A DNA stretch of 29,596 bases, taken from IMG/VR virus record IMGVR_UViG_2541047905_000021; one strand, written 5' to 3'. This stretch comes from a virus (taxonomy: Duplodnaviria > Heunggongvirae > Uroviricota > Caudoviricetes). Within the stretch, counting starts at the first letter, position 1. Each line of letters starts with the position of its first letter. Position numbers and translations under genes: made by a program. Below the pieces are notes generated by a model. It did no database searches. It saw only the letters and a program-made list of their open reading frames with translations, and was not told where the DNA came from. This document shows, piece after piece, positions 1 to 6,591 of this stretch.

Positions 1-981
1 TTATAACGTCACTCCGCCTTTTAGAGGATTCAGCGCGACGGCATTTTGCAGGTAGTCAGGCGCAAGGTGCGCATAGGCCATCGTCTGCTGAATGCTCGCA
101 TGTCCCAGAATCTGTTGCAGTGCGATTATATTGCCCCCATTCATCATGAAATGGCTTGCGAATGTATGCCGCAGGATGTGGGTTGCCTGATTGGGTGGTA
201 TATCTGGCTTCACTCTGCGTAAAATCCCGCAAAACTTCTCATAATCAACTTTGAATAATTTAGCGCTGGCCTCCTCTTTAACTTTTTTCTCCAGTTCCTC
301 AGAAATCGGCACGGTTCGCTTTTTACCGTTTTTGGTTTTCAGGAAGGTAACCCTGCAATTTGTAATCTGTGCTGGTTTTAGCGTGGCAACTTCCGTCCAT
401 CTTCCTCCAGTGCTCAGACATAAAAGTGCGACAAGTAAGTCATCACCATCCAAAACATTTAACAGTTTTTCGATTTCTGCTTTTTCCAGGAACGTCATTT
501 CAGGGTTGGCCTCCGCCAGTGGCGGCAGTCCGTGAATTGGGTGTTGCCCGGAAAATTCATCCAATTGAATTAATTTTGTGAACATGCCGGATAATCGGTA
601 CATGTCACGGTTTATCGTTGCGGCACTGATACCATCACGTAGTCGCATGGAACGATAATCCATCAAAGCTCTTTTGCTCATCCGGCTCACTGGTATATCA
701 CCTATGCCGCTGATGGTTTTGAGCAGATGATTAAACTCTTTTGTTCCATGCTCGTGGTTTTGCCCGTGATATTTCCACCAGATGTCCAGCAACTCACTCA
801 AAGTTCTGCGATCTGCTCGCTGACCTGCCCATTCTTTCTGGCTGGCGTAGGCGATTGTGTATCGCTCAAATGCTACAGCCTCAGCTTTTCTTTCAAATTT
901 CCTGCGGATGCGTTTTCCGTCGCGACCGCGAGGTCTAATGTCCACTTCATAGCGTCCATCATCGAGCTTCTTAATTGACAT
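1..981 (-). CDS. int: P2-type tyrosine integrase. The preferred start is MSIKKLDDGRYEVDIRP; the six-frame ORF extends to 1011.
   Basis: The N-terminus from MSIKKLDDGRYEVDIRP onward resembles my recollection of P2 Int, which begins MAIKKLDDGRYEVDIRP. The C-terminal catalytic motifs HxLRHTFASHF and ILGH...MAYAH are present. The stop codon is at bases 1-3, and the gene sits next to the C repressor as in P2. Confidence 0.9.
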   Translation of the reverse strand: MSIKKLDDGRYEVDIRPRGRDGKRIRRKFERKAEAVAFERYTIAYASQKEWAGQRADRRTLSELLDIWWKYHGQNHEHGTKEFNHLLKTISGIGDIPVSRMSKRALMDYRSMRLRDGISAATINRDMYRLSGMFTKLIQLDEFSGQHPIHGLPPLAEANPEMTFLEKAEIEKLLNVLDGDDLLVALLCLSTGGRWTEVATLKPAQITNCRVTFLKTKNGKKRTVPISEELEKKVKEEASAKLFKVDYEKFCGILRRVKPDIPPNQATHILRHTFASHFMMNGGNIIALQQILGHASIQQTMAYAHLAPDYLQNAVALNPLKGGVTL

Positions 982-1050
982 AAGAAAGCCCTCTGACGCT
1001 GTATTCACCATCTTGGTAACAAATGGTGAAAATGTAATGTTTATAGAGTG

Positions 1051-1344
1051 TTAACCAGTCTGTTTTTCGGAGTGGTCTGATTCTGTTGGTTTTTGCCCAA
1101 TGTGTGCGAGAGCCGGCGCGATCTGACCAGCTTGTGGTGACGTATCACCAGTCATTAACCAGAGCGTATATTTTTTAAATAAAGGCGTATTTGTGACTCG
1201 CATAACGATGCTGAGACCAGGGTCTTTATGCCCACTTTCGTAATTTTTGACTGTTCCTAGAGCTATCCCGCTAATTTCGCTGAATTTCGCCTGTGTTAAG
1301 CCTTCTGCTTTCCTAATCGCTTTCAGTTTTTCGAATGTCTGCAT
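1051..1344 (-). CDS. C: Immunity repressor, P2 C-like, with an HTH domain
   Basis: 97 aa. The N-terminus is HTH-like (LTQAKFSEISGIALGTVKNYESG). The C-terminal segment GQIAPALAHIGQ resembles P2 C (99 aa). It is divergent from cox, as in P2. Confidence 0.85.
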   Translation of the reverse strand: MQTFEKLKAIRKAEGLTQAKFSEISGIALGTVKNYESGHKDPGLSIVMRVTNTPLFKKYTLWLMTGDTSPQAGQIAPALAHIGQKPTESDHSEKQTG

Positions 1345-1373
1345 TTGACAGTAACCTATTGGTGACTTATATT
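1345..1373 (+). promoter_or_regulatory. Early promoter Pe candidate: -35 TTGACA (1345-1350), 17-bp spacer, -10 TATATT (1368-1373)
   Basis: The -35 hexamer is a perfect consensus match, the -10 is near-consensus and the spacing is 17 bp. It points toward cox-B-A and abuts the C start codon, matching the face-to-face Pe/Pc layout of P2. Confidence 0.7.
1357..1366. repeat. Operator half-site candidate O1 (TATTGGTGAC), located in the Pe spacer
   Basis: An exact 10-bp direct repeat is shared with 1391-1400. P2 C is known to bind direct repeats flanking the Pe -10. Confidence 0.55.
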
Positions 1374-1390
1374 CCCGTCAAAAGGTTGTG

Positions 1391-1400
1391 TATTGGTGAC
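1391..1400. repeat. Operator half-site candidate O2 (TATTGGTGAC)
   Basis: This is the second exact copy, 34 bp downstream of the first and just after the predicted Pe transcription start. Confidence 0.55.
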
Positions 1401-1422
1401 CTTTTGGGTGTGTTAGCCAGTC

Positions 1423-1454
1423 CCTAGAAAGGACAGGGGCGACCTAGAAGGGAC
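1423..1454. repeat. Two 12-bp direct repeats CCTAGAARGGAC (1423-1434 and 1443-1454) spaced 20 bp apart. They may be Cox- or repressor-binding boxes.
   Basis: 11 of 12 positions are identical and the copies are two helical turns apart, between Pe and cox. An 8-bp inverted element, CAGTCCCT/AGGGACTG, overlaps them. Confidence 0.4.
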
Positions 1455-1496
1455 TGGATCTAATAAGGGTAACACGAAAGCAAAAAGGGCTAATCA

Positions 1497-1769
1497 ATGG
1501 AAGTCAATGACTATGTGATTCAGTACCCGATTGATGCGGTACATACGGTTAAGTTTGCAGAGTTACTTGGTAAGCCAGAAACGGCTGTAGTAAAGATGGT
1601 AAAAGAGAATAAATTGCCAGTTATTGAGCTTCGTGATCCAAGTAAGCCGAACGCTCGTGTCGGTGAGAAGTGGGTTTTCATTCCAGAGTTTAATCGCGCT
1701 GTACGAGAGGCGTTTTATAACCGACCAGTTGAACAGCGTGATGCATGGCTTTTGTGGATGGGGTTGTGA
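1497..1769 (+). CDS. cox: Cox-like excisionase and Pc repressor
   Basis: 90 aa, compared with 91 aa for P2 Cox. The motif KLPVIELRDP...GEKWVFIPEFN...RDAWLLWMGL parallels P2 Cox (KLPVIDMTDP...GEYWVYLP...RDGWLMWLGL). It is the first gene after Pe. Confidence 0.85.
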   Translation: MEVNDYVIQYPIDAVHTVKFAELLGKPETAVVKMVKENKLPVIELRDPSKPNARVGEKWVFIPEFNRAVREAFYNRPVEQRDAWLLWMGL

Positions 1770-1771
1770 TT

Positions 1772-1942
1772 ATGAGTGAACCGCGTTGTATTGCTCAGTT
1801 ACTGCGTAACGAAAGCCCCAGGGCGATTGACTTCACCATCACCCACGGTAAGGGGCGTAAGGGAATCATTATCCGCACCAAAAAACAGAGTCCGTTAAAA
1901 AAGGCTCTGACCTTTCTGAAAAGCCGGAGGGTCTGGAAATGA
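1772..1942 (+). CDS. Small basic protein in the position of P2 orf78
   Basis: 56 aa counted from the internal ATG at 1772. Its stop overlaps the B start (ATGA), which suggests translational coupling. No function is recognised. Confidence 0.5.
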   Translation: MSEPRCIAQLLRNESPRAIDFTITHGKGRKGIIIRTKKQSPLKKALTFLKSRRVWK

Positions 1943-2439
1943 CAGTGATGACGCTTAATCTCGTTGAAAAACAGCCAGCAGCTATGCGCCGGATAGTTGG
2001 TAAGCATCTGGCCGTCCCTCGCTGGCAGGAGACATGTGATTATTATAATCAGATGATGGAACGCGAACGGCTAACAGTTTGCTTTCATGCGCAGTTAAAA
2101 CAACGTCACGCAACGATGCGTTTTGAAGAAATGAACGACGTCGAACGTGAACGGCTGGTTTGTGCAATTGATGAACTGCGTGGGGCATTCTCAAAACGCC
2201 GTCAGGTTGGCGCAAGTGAGTATGCATATATTAGTTTTTTAACAGTCAGTCAGCGTCGTACTTTATTTATGCATGCCGGATTGACTGAAAAAGAATTCAA
2301 CCAGCCATACTGGCGAATTAATGAAGAGTCATGTTACTGGCGTGATGCTTTATTCCGTGCATTACGTGAATTATTCAGCCTGTTTGAGTATGCACCGACA
2401 ATTCTGACGTCGGTAAAACCAGAGCAATATCTGCATTAA
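1939..2439 (+). CDS. B: Replication protein B (helicase-loader-like)
   Basis: 166 aa, the same length and position as P2 gpB. Confidence 0.8.
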   Translation: MTVMTLNLVEKQPAAMRRIVGKHLAVPRWQETCDYYNQMMERERLTVCFHAQLKQRHATMRFEEMNDVERERLVCAIDELRGAFSKRRQVGASEYAYISFLTVSQRRTLFMHAGLTEKEFNQPYWRINEESCYWRDALFRALRELFSLFEYAPTILTSVKPEQYLH

Positions 2440-2502
2440 GTAATTAACCAGAGTTTTTAACGCACTTAATCGTGCGGGGCTTCTTTTTGCCTGGAGAAAG
2501 TT

Positions 2503-2727
2503 ATGCATACAGTTTCTGAAAATCAGTGCGGTATATACGCATTACTGCTGCAACAGGCCAGAACCGAAGCACAGGCCGACGCTGCGACGCGCTTTTCTTC
2601 TCATCTTGATGCCATGATTCGCCACATCACAAAGGCGGAGTTATCCCGCGTGGAGATAGTCGAGCTGCTCAGTCAGGAGTCGGAAAAATTTCACAATATC
2701 GGATTGTCTCGCGGGGAGGTGCTTTGA
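2503..2727 (+). CDS. Hypothetical early protein in the position of P2 orf80
   Basis: 74 aa, with GGAG upstream of the ATG. It is synteny-conserved between B and A. Confidence 0.6.
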
Positions 2728-3029
2728 TGTCCTGTTCTCGTTCAGTTGTATTACTGAATAACGCCTTAAAAATCGCCGTTATGAAAAATGGCGATTTGTC
2801 TCTTATTCAACTTGGTCTTGATAAAGAAAAACACGAAATAACTGAGTCTGTTATCGCGATTTATCAGAACGAATTAAACCTCCTGTCTGATGTGGTCAAT
2901 TTACTTGTTAAACGCGCTGTGTTTCACAAGCAAATCTCCTCCGTGGATGAACTGACGAAATTAACGACAGAAATCGCCAGCTATTGCGCTGATGAATTTA
3001 AAAACCTTAACGACAAAAGGAACTGGTAA
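2724..3029 (+). CDS. Hypothetical early protein in the position of P2 orf81
   Basis: 101 aa. Its start overlaps the previous stop and its stop overlaps the next ATG (TAATG). Confidence 0.6.
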
Positions 3030-3253
3030 TGCCGGACAACGTAGATTTTATTCAGGAACAACAGGCTGAATTACTGGAGCGCCAGATTAACGCGGCAAGG
3101 GTAAAACATTGCGGTGCTTCTGCGCTGGTTTGCGAAGAGTGTGACGCGCCAATACCTGCTGCCCGTCGTGCGGCTTATCCGTCAGCCACGCGTTGTGTTT
3201 CCTGTCAGTCAGTCTTTGAAGCAAAAAACAAGCATTACCGGAGAATGGCATGA
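3029..3253 (+). CDS. TraR/DksA-family C4 zinc-finger protein in the position of P2 orf82
   Basis: 74 aa with CEECDAPIP...(17 residues)...CVSCQ, the four-Cys TraR/DksA C-terminal zinc finger. Confidence 0.75.
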   Translation: MPDNVDFIQEQQAELLERQINAARVKHCGASALVCEECDAPIPAARRAAYPSATRCVSCQSVFEAKNKHYRRMA

Positions 3254-3525
3254 GTATTCGTATCGAAATTGGCGAACGTTATGTCGTTACCAGTGACAGC
3301 TTTCAGTTTATTCTCCACGAGAAAAAGAGAGCGGAAAGCGGTAAAAACGCCGGTCAGGAATGGCTGGCGGTGGTTGGTTATTACCCGAAATTAAGCCAGC
3401 TCGTTTCCGGCCTGATGCATCACGATATTCTGACCGGAAGCGCAAAGTCTTTTGCTGATTTAAACGCGCAGGTTGAGCAACTCAGCAAGCGTTGTTCAGA
3501 GGCTTTTGGCTCATATGGCCGTTAA
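3250..3525 (+). CDS. Hypothetical early protein in the position of P2 orf83
   Basis: 91 aa. It overlaps its neighbours by 4 nt at its start and 11 nt at its end. Confidence 0.6.
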   Translation: MSIRIEIGERYVVTSDSFQFILHEKKRAESGKNAGQEWLAVVGYYPKLSQLVSGLMHHDILTGSAKSFADLNAQVEQLSKRCSEAFGSYGR

Positions 3526-5791
3526 AGCCTCCGGGCGTTTTGTCCCTCCGTCAACATTTGCTGCAGGTACCGGTAAGACGTTTACCGGTGCTTATGCATG
3601 GAACGCGCCACGCGAGGCCGTCGGGCGCGAAAGACCCCTTACACGTGACGAGATGCGTCAGGTGCAAGGTGTTTTATCCACGATTAACCGCCTGCCTTAC
3701 TTTTTGCGCTCGCTGTTTACTTCACGCTATGACTACATCCGGCGCAATAAAAGCCCGCTACACGGGTTTTATTTCCTCACATCCACTTTTCAGCGTCGTT
3801 TATGGCCGCGTATTGAGCGCGTTAATCAGCGCCATGAAATGAATACCGACGCGTCGTTGCTGTTTCTGGCAGAGCGTGACCATTATGCGCGCCTGCCTGG
3901 AATGAATGACAAGGAGCTGAAAAAGTTTGCCGCCCGTATCTCATCGCAGCTTTTCATGATGTATGAGGAACTCTGCGATGCCTGGGTGGATGCGCATGGC
4001 GAAAAAGAATCGCTGTTTACGGATGAGGCGCAGGCTCACCTGTATGGTCATGTTGCTGGCGCTGCACGTGCTTTCAATATTTCCCCGCTTTTCTGGAAAA
4101 AATACCGTAAAGGACAGATGACCACGAGGCAGGCATATTCTGCCATTGCCCGCCTGTTTAACGATGAGTGGTGGACTCATCAGCTTAAAGGCCAGCGTAT
4201 GCGCTGGCATGAGGCGTTACTGATTGCTGTCGGGGAGGTCAATAAAGACCGTTCACCTTATGCCAGTAAACATGCCATTCGTGATGTGCGTGCGCGCCGC
4301 CAGGCAAATCTGGAATTTCTTAAATCGTGTGACCTTGAAAACAGGGAAACCGGCGAGCGCATCGACCTTATCAGTAAGGTGATGGGCAGTATTTCTAATC
4401 CTGAAATTCGCCGGATGGAGCTGATGAACACCATCGCCGGTATTGAGCGTTACGCCGCCGCAGAGGGTGATGTGGGGATGTTTATCACGCTTACCGCGCC
4501 GTCAAAGTATCACCCGACACGTCAGGTTGGAAAAGGCGAAAATAAAACCGTCCAGCTTAATCACGGCTGGAATGATGAGGCATTTAATCCAAAGGATGCG
4601 CAGCGTTATCTCTGCCGTATCTGGAGCCTGATGCGCACGGCATTCAAGGATAATGATTTACAGGTCTACGGTTTGCGAGTCGTCGAGCCACACCACGACG
4701 GAACGCCGCACTGGCATATGATGCTTTTTTGTAATCCACGCCAGCGTAACCAGATTATCGAAATCATGCGTCGCTATGCGCTCAAAGAGGATGGCGACGA
4801 AAGAGGAGCCGCGCGAAACCGTTTTCAGGCAAAACACCTTAACCGGGGCGGTGCTGCGGGATATATCGCGAAATACATTTCAAAAAATATCGACGGCTAT
4901 GCACTGGATGGTCAGCTCGATAACGATACCGGCAGACCGCTGAAAGATACTGCGGCGGCTGTTACCGCATGGGCGTCAACGTGGCGCATCCCGCAATTTA
5001 AAACGGTTGGCCTGCCGACAATGGGAGCTTACCGTGAGCTACGTAAATTGCCTCGCGGCGTCAGCATTGCTGATGAATTTGACGAACGCGTGGAGGCTGC
5101 ACGCGCCGCCGCAGACAGTGGCGATTTTGCGCTGTATATCAGCGCGCAGGGCGGGGCAAATGTCCCGCGCGATTGTCAGACTGTCAGGGTTGCCCGTAGC
5201 CCGTCGGATGACGTTAACGAGTACGAGGAAGAAGTCGAGAGAGTGGTCGGCATTTACGCGCCGCATCTCGGCGCGCGTCATATTCATATCACCAGAACGA
5301 CGGACTGGCGCATTGTGCCGAAAGTTCCGGTCGTTGAGCCTTTGACTTTAAAAAGCGGCATCGCCGCGCCTCGGAGTCCTGTCAATAACTGTGGAAAGCT
5401 CACTGGTGGTGATACTTCGTTACCGGCTCCCACACCCTCTGAGCACGCCGTAGCAGTGCTTAATCTGGTTGATGACGGTGTCATCGAATGGAGTGACCCG
5501 GAGGTCGTGAGGACGCTCAGGGATGCATTAAAACACGGCCTGAAAACACCAAATCGTCAGCAAAGAAACGGAAGCCCGTTAAAACCACATGAAATAGCAC
5601 CGTCGGCCAGACTGACCCGGTCGGAACGATTGCAAATTACCCGTATCCGCGTTGACCTCGCTCAGAACGGTATCAGGCCGCAACGATGGGAGCTTGAGGC
5701 GCTGGCGCGTGGCGCGACCGTAAATTATGACGGGAAAAAATTCACGTATCCGGTTGCTGATGAGTGGCCGGGGTTCTCGTTACCCATTTGA
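3515..5791 (+). CDS. A: Replication initiation endonuclease gpA, a rolling-circle HUH nickase
   Basis: 758 aa from MAVKASGRF, compared with 761 aa for P2 gpA. It has the HUH-type motif EPHHDGTPHWHMMLF and the two-tyrosine motif GYIAKYISKN. The longer ORF starting at 3473 would overlap orf83 extensively. Confidence 0.9.
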   Translation: MAVKASGRFVPPSTFAAGTGKTFTGAYAWNAPREAVGRERPLTRDEMRQVQGVLSTINRLPYFLRSLFTSRYDYIRRNKSPLHGFYFLTSTFQRRLWPRIERVNQRHEMNTDASLLFLAERDHYARLPGMNDKELKKFAARISSQLFMMYEELCDAWVDAHGEKESLFTDEAQAHLYGHVAGAARAFNISPLFWKKYRKGQMTTRQAYSAIARLFNDEWWTHQLKGQRMRWHEALLIAVGEVNKDRSPYASKHAIRDVRARRQANLEFLKSCDLENRETGERIDLISKVMGSISNPEIRRMELMNTIAGIERYAAAEGDVGMFITLTAPSKYHPTRQVGKGENKTVQLNHGWNDEAFNPKDAQRYLCRIWSLMRTAFKDNDLQVYGLRVVEPHHDGTPHWHMMLFCNPRQRNQIIEIMRRYALKEDGDERGAARNRFQAKHLNRGGAAGYIAKYISKNIDGYALDGQLDNDTGRPLKDTAAAVTAWASTWRIPQFKTVGLPTMGAYRELRKLPRGVSIADEFDERVEAARAAADSGDFALYISAQGGANVPRDCQTVRVARSPSDDVNEYEEEVERVVGIYAPHLGARHIHITRTTDWRIVPKVPVVEPLTLKSGIAAPRSPVNNCGKLTGGDTSLPAPTPSEHAVAVLNLVDDGVIEWSDPEVVRTLRDALKHGLKTPNRQQRNGSPLKPHEIAPSARLTRSERLQITRIRVDLAQNGIRPQRWELEALARGATVNYDGKKFTYPVADEWPGFSLPI

Positions 5792-5860
5792 GTAAAAATA
5801 CAACGTGATTTGATATGGCATTGAATGGCTTATGCGGAGCAGTTATGGGGCAGCAGAAGG

Positions 5861-5898
5861 TCAATAGCATGCTGAATTAGAAGGCTAAATGCTATTGA
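5861..5898. other. Hairpin or inverted repeat TCAATAGCAT-N18-ATGCTATTGA
   Basis: Perfect 10-bp arms in non-coding DNA about 70 bp after the A stop. No T-run follows, so it is not a canonical terminator. Confidence 0.5.
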
Positions 5899-5972
5899 GT
5901 GACTAGCATGTCGGTAAGGACAGCCGTTTGATCCTGGTCATAAAAGGCCATCCATTTAGTCTAATAAAATCA

Positions 5973-6001
5973 TTGCGGGTAACCTTATGTCGACGCATAA
6001 T
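5973..6001 (+). promoter_or_regulatory. Candidate sigma70 promoter for the plus-strand sRNA: -35 TTGCGG (5973-5978), 17-bp spacer, -10 CATAAT (5996-6001)
   Basis: The hexamers and spacing were read directly from the sequence. An AT-rich tract (CTAATAAAAT) lies upstream. The predicted start is about 6008-6010, right at the 15-nt repeat. Confidence 0.35.
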
Positions 6002-6006
6002 TCGTC

Positions 6007-6021
6007 TTGAGCGAAGTCTTG
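6007..6021. repeat. 15-bp direct repeat, copy 1 (TTGAGCGAAGTCTTG)
   Basis: It is identical to 6271-6285. It lies at the predicted 5' end of the plus-strand sRNA. Confidence 0.95.
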
Positions 6022-6081
6022 TCAGTCTTTCATCGTATTGATGATGGGCGCAAAAAAACCACCCTGGCAGGTGGTTTTTTT
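6009..6081 (+). ncRNA. Candidate antitoxin-like sRNA of about 73 nt, made of a 5' seed, a small stem-loop (6030-6044) and an intrinsic terminator
   Basis: A promoter-like element lies upstream. The 5' sequence is complementary to the minus-strand leader at 6285-6271. There is an internal stem TCATC/GATGA and a terminal GC stem followed by a U7 tail. No credible ORF is present. Confidence 0.4.
6052..6081. terminator. Bidirectional rho-independent terminator (AAAAAAACCACC-CTGGCA-GGTGGTTTTTTT)
   Basis: A GC stem, CCACC/GGTGG, is flanked by an A7 run on one side and a T7 run on the other, so it can terminate transcription in both orientations. It sits 12 nt beyond the stop of the minus-strand 37-aa ORF. 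Confidence 0.8.
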
Positions 6082-6093
6082 GTTTGAAGCATA

Positions 6094-6207
6094 TTAAAGC
6101 ATAATGCTGACATTGATATTACTGACGTTTACTGACAAACCACTCGGACTACCGTTTGGATAGCCAAAGAGGGCCAGAACGAGAATGCAGTAATAGCATT
6201 TCTTCAT
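6094..6207 (-). CDS. 37-aa hydrophobic small peptide (MKKCYYCILVLALFGYPNGSPSGLSVNVSNINVSIML); candidate type I toxin or small membrane protein
   Basis: AGGAGG lies 4 nt upstream of the ATG. The peptide has a KK N-terminus, then about 15 hydrophobic residues, then a polar tail. The terminator follows immediately downstream. I do not recognise the sequence as any named family. Confidence 0.55.
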   Translation of the reverse strand: MKKCYYCILVLALFGYPNGSPSGLSVNVSNINVSIML

Positions 6208-6211
6208 ATTG

Positions 6212-6264
6212 CCTCCTGTAAGTAGAGGGCAACTTCCACCGGTATATGCGCTTCTTAGGTGGAA
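6212..6264 (-). promoter_or_regulatory. Predicted leader structures. One hairpin is CCUCU/GGAGG (6228-6212) and would occlude the SD. The other is a 7-bp hairpin UUCCACC/GGUGGAA (6264-6234).
   Basis: The complementary segments were read directly from the sequence. The SD-occluding stem is only 5 bp, one of them a G-U pair, so the evidence is modest. Confidence 0.35.
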
Positions 6265-6270
6265 TGACTT

Positions 6271-6285
6271 TTGAGCGAAGTCTTG
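6271..6285. repeat. 15-bp direct repeat, copy 2 (TTGAGCGAAGTCTTG), in the leader of the minus-strand peptide mRNA
   Basis: It is identical to 6007-6021. On the minus-strand RNA it reads CAAGACUUCGCUCAA, 64-78 nt upstream of the peptide AUG. Confidence 0.95.
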
Positions 6286-6351
6286 CCCTGAAATAATGCT
6301 CTGTTTAAACGCAAAGTGATTTGGCATATCACCGAACAGAGAGCCGGAAAA

Positions 6352-6401
6352 ACACAACATATAGTATGTCGTTGTTTCTAGACATACATTCTATGTTGTG
6401 T
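6352..6401. other. Large imperfect palindrome: ACACAACATATAGTATGTC, a 10-nt spacer, then GACATACATTCTATGTTGTGT
   Basis: The arms pair over 10 bp plus 7 bp around a small internal bulge. The palindrome overlaps the candidate promoter of the peptide mRNA. Confidence 0.6.
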
Positions 6402-6416
6402 AACAAGGGCTTTGCA
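6388..6416 (-). promoter_or_regulatory. Tentative promoter for the peptide mRNA: -35 TGCAAA (6416-6411), 17-bp spacer, -10 TAGAAT (6393-6388)
   Basis: The -10 is good and the -35 is weak. An AT-rich tract lies upstream. This is the best of several weak candidates. Confidence 0.25.
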
Positions 6417-6562
6417 TTAAACATGTTTGAGATTTTATTGATGTAGCTCAAAGTAAAAAACAGAGACTACGGATGATAAGGTCTTGAAAGCAATGTAAAT
6501 TTTTTAAAGTTGCCAATTGCTTAAAAATGTACAGTTGCGGTATGGCGTACTTAAAAAGCTAT

Positions 6563-6591
6563 GCATGCAACAAGTGAATGTTTTTGCATGC
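6563..6591. other. Inverted repeat GCATGCAA-N13-TTGCATGC
   Basis: It has 8-bp perfect arms, each containing the palindrome GCATGC, in the AT-rich tract before cos. Confidence 0.45.

Noticed and set aside
3473-3514. Upstream extension of gpA (772-aa form) and the overlapping ORF 3492-3842
   Set aside because: The extension would overlap orf83 by more than 50 nt. The MAVKASGRF start gives a protein of about the P2 gpA length. ORF 3492-3842 is an alternative frame inside A.
5815-5880. 21-aa plus-strand ORF (MALNGLCGAVMGQQKVNSMLN) and several 19-46-aa minus-strand ORFs in 5792-5960
   Set aside because: None has an RBS or any compositional signal, and their lengths are as expected by chance in AT-rich DNA.
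6094-6360. 88-aa ORF from the six-frame track, in frame with the 37-aa peptide
   Set aside because: The upstream ATG at 6360 has no Shine-Dalgarno sequence and lies inside the palindrome arm. The N-terminal 51 residues have no recognisable character. The internal ATG at 6207 has a perfect AGGAGG, so the short form is preferred. An upstream mok-like frame cannot be excluded.
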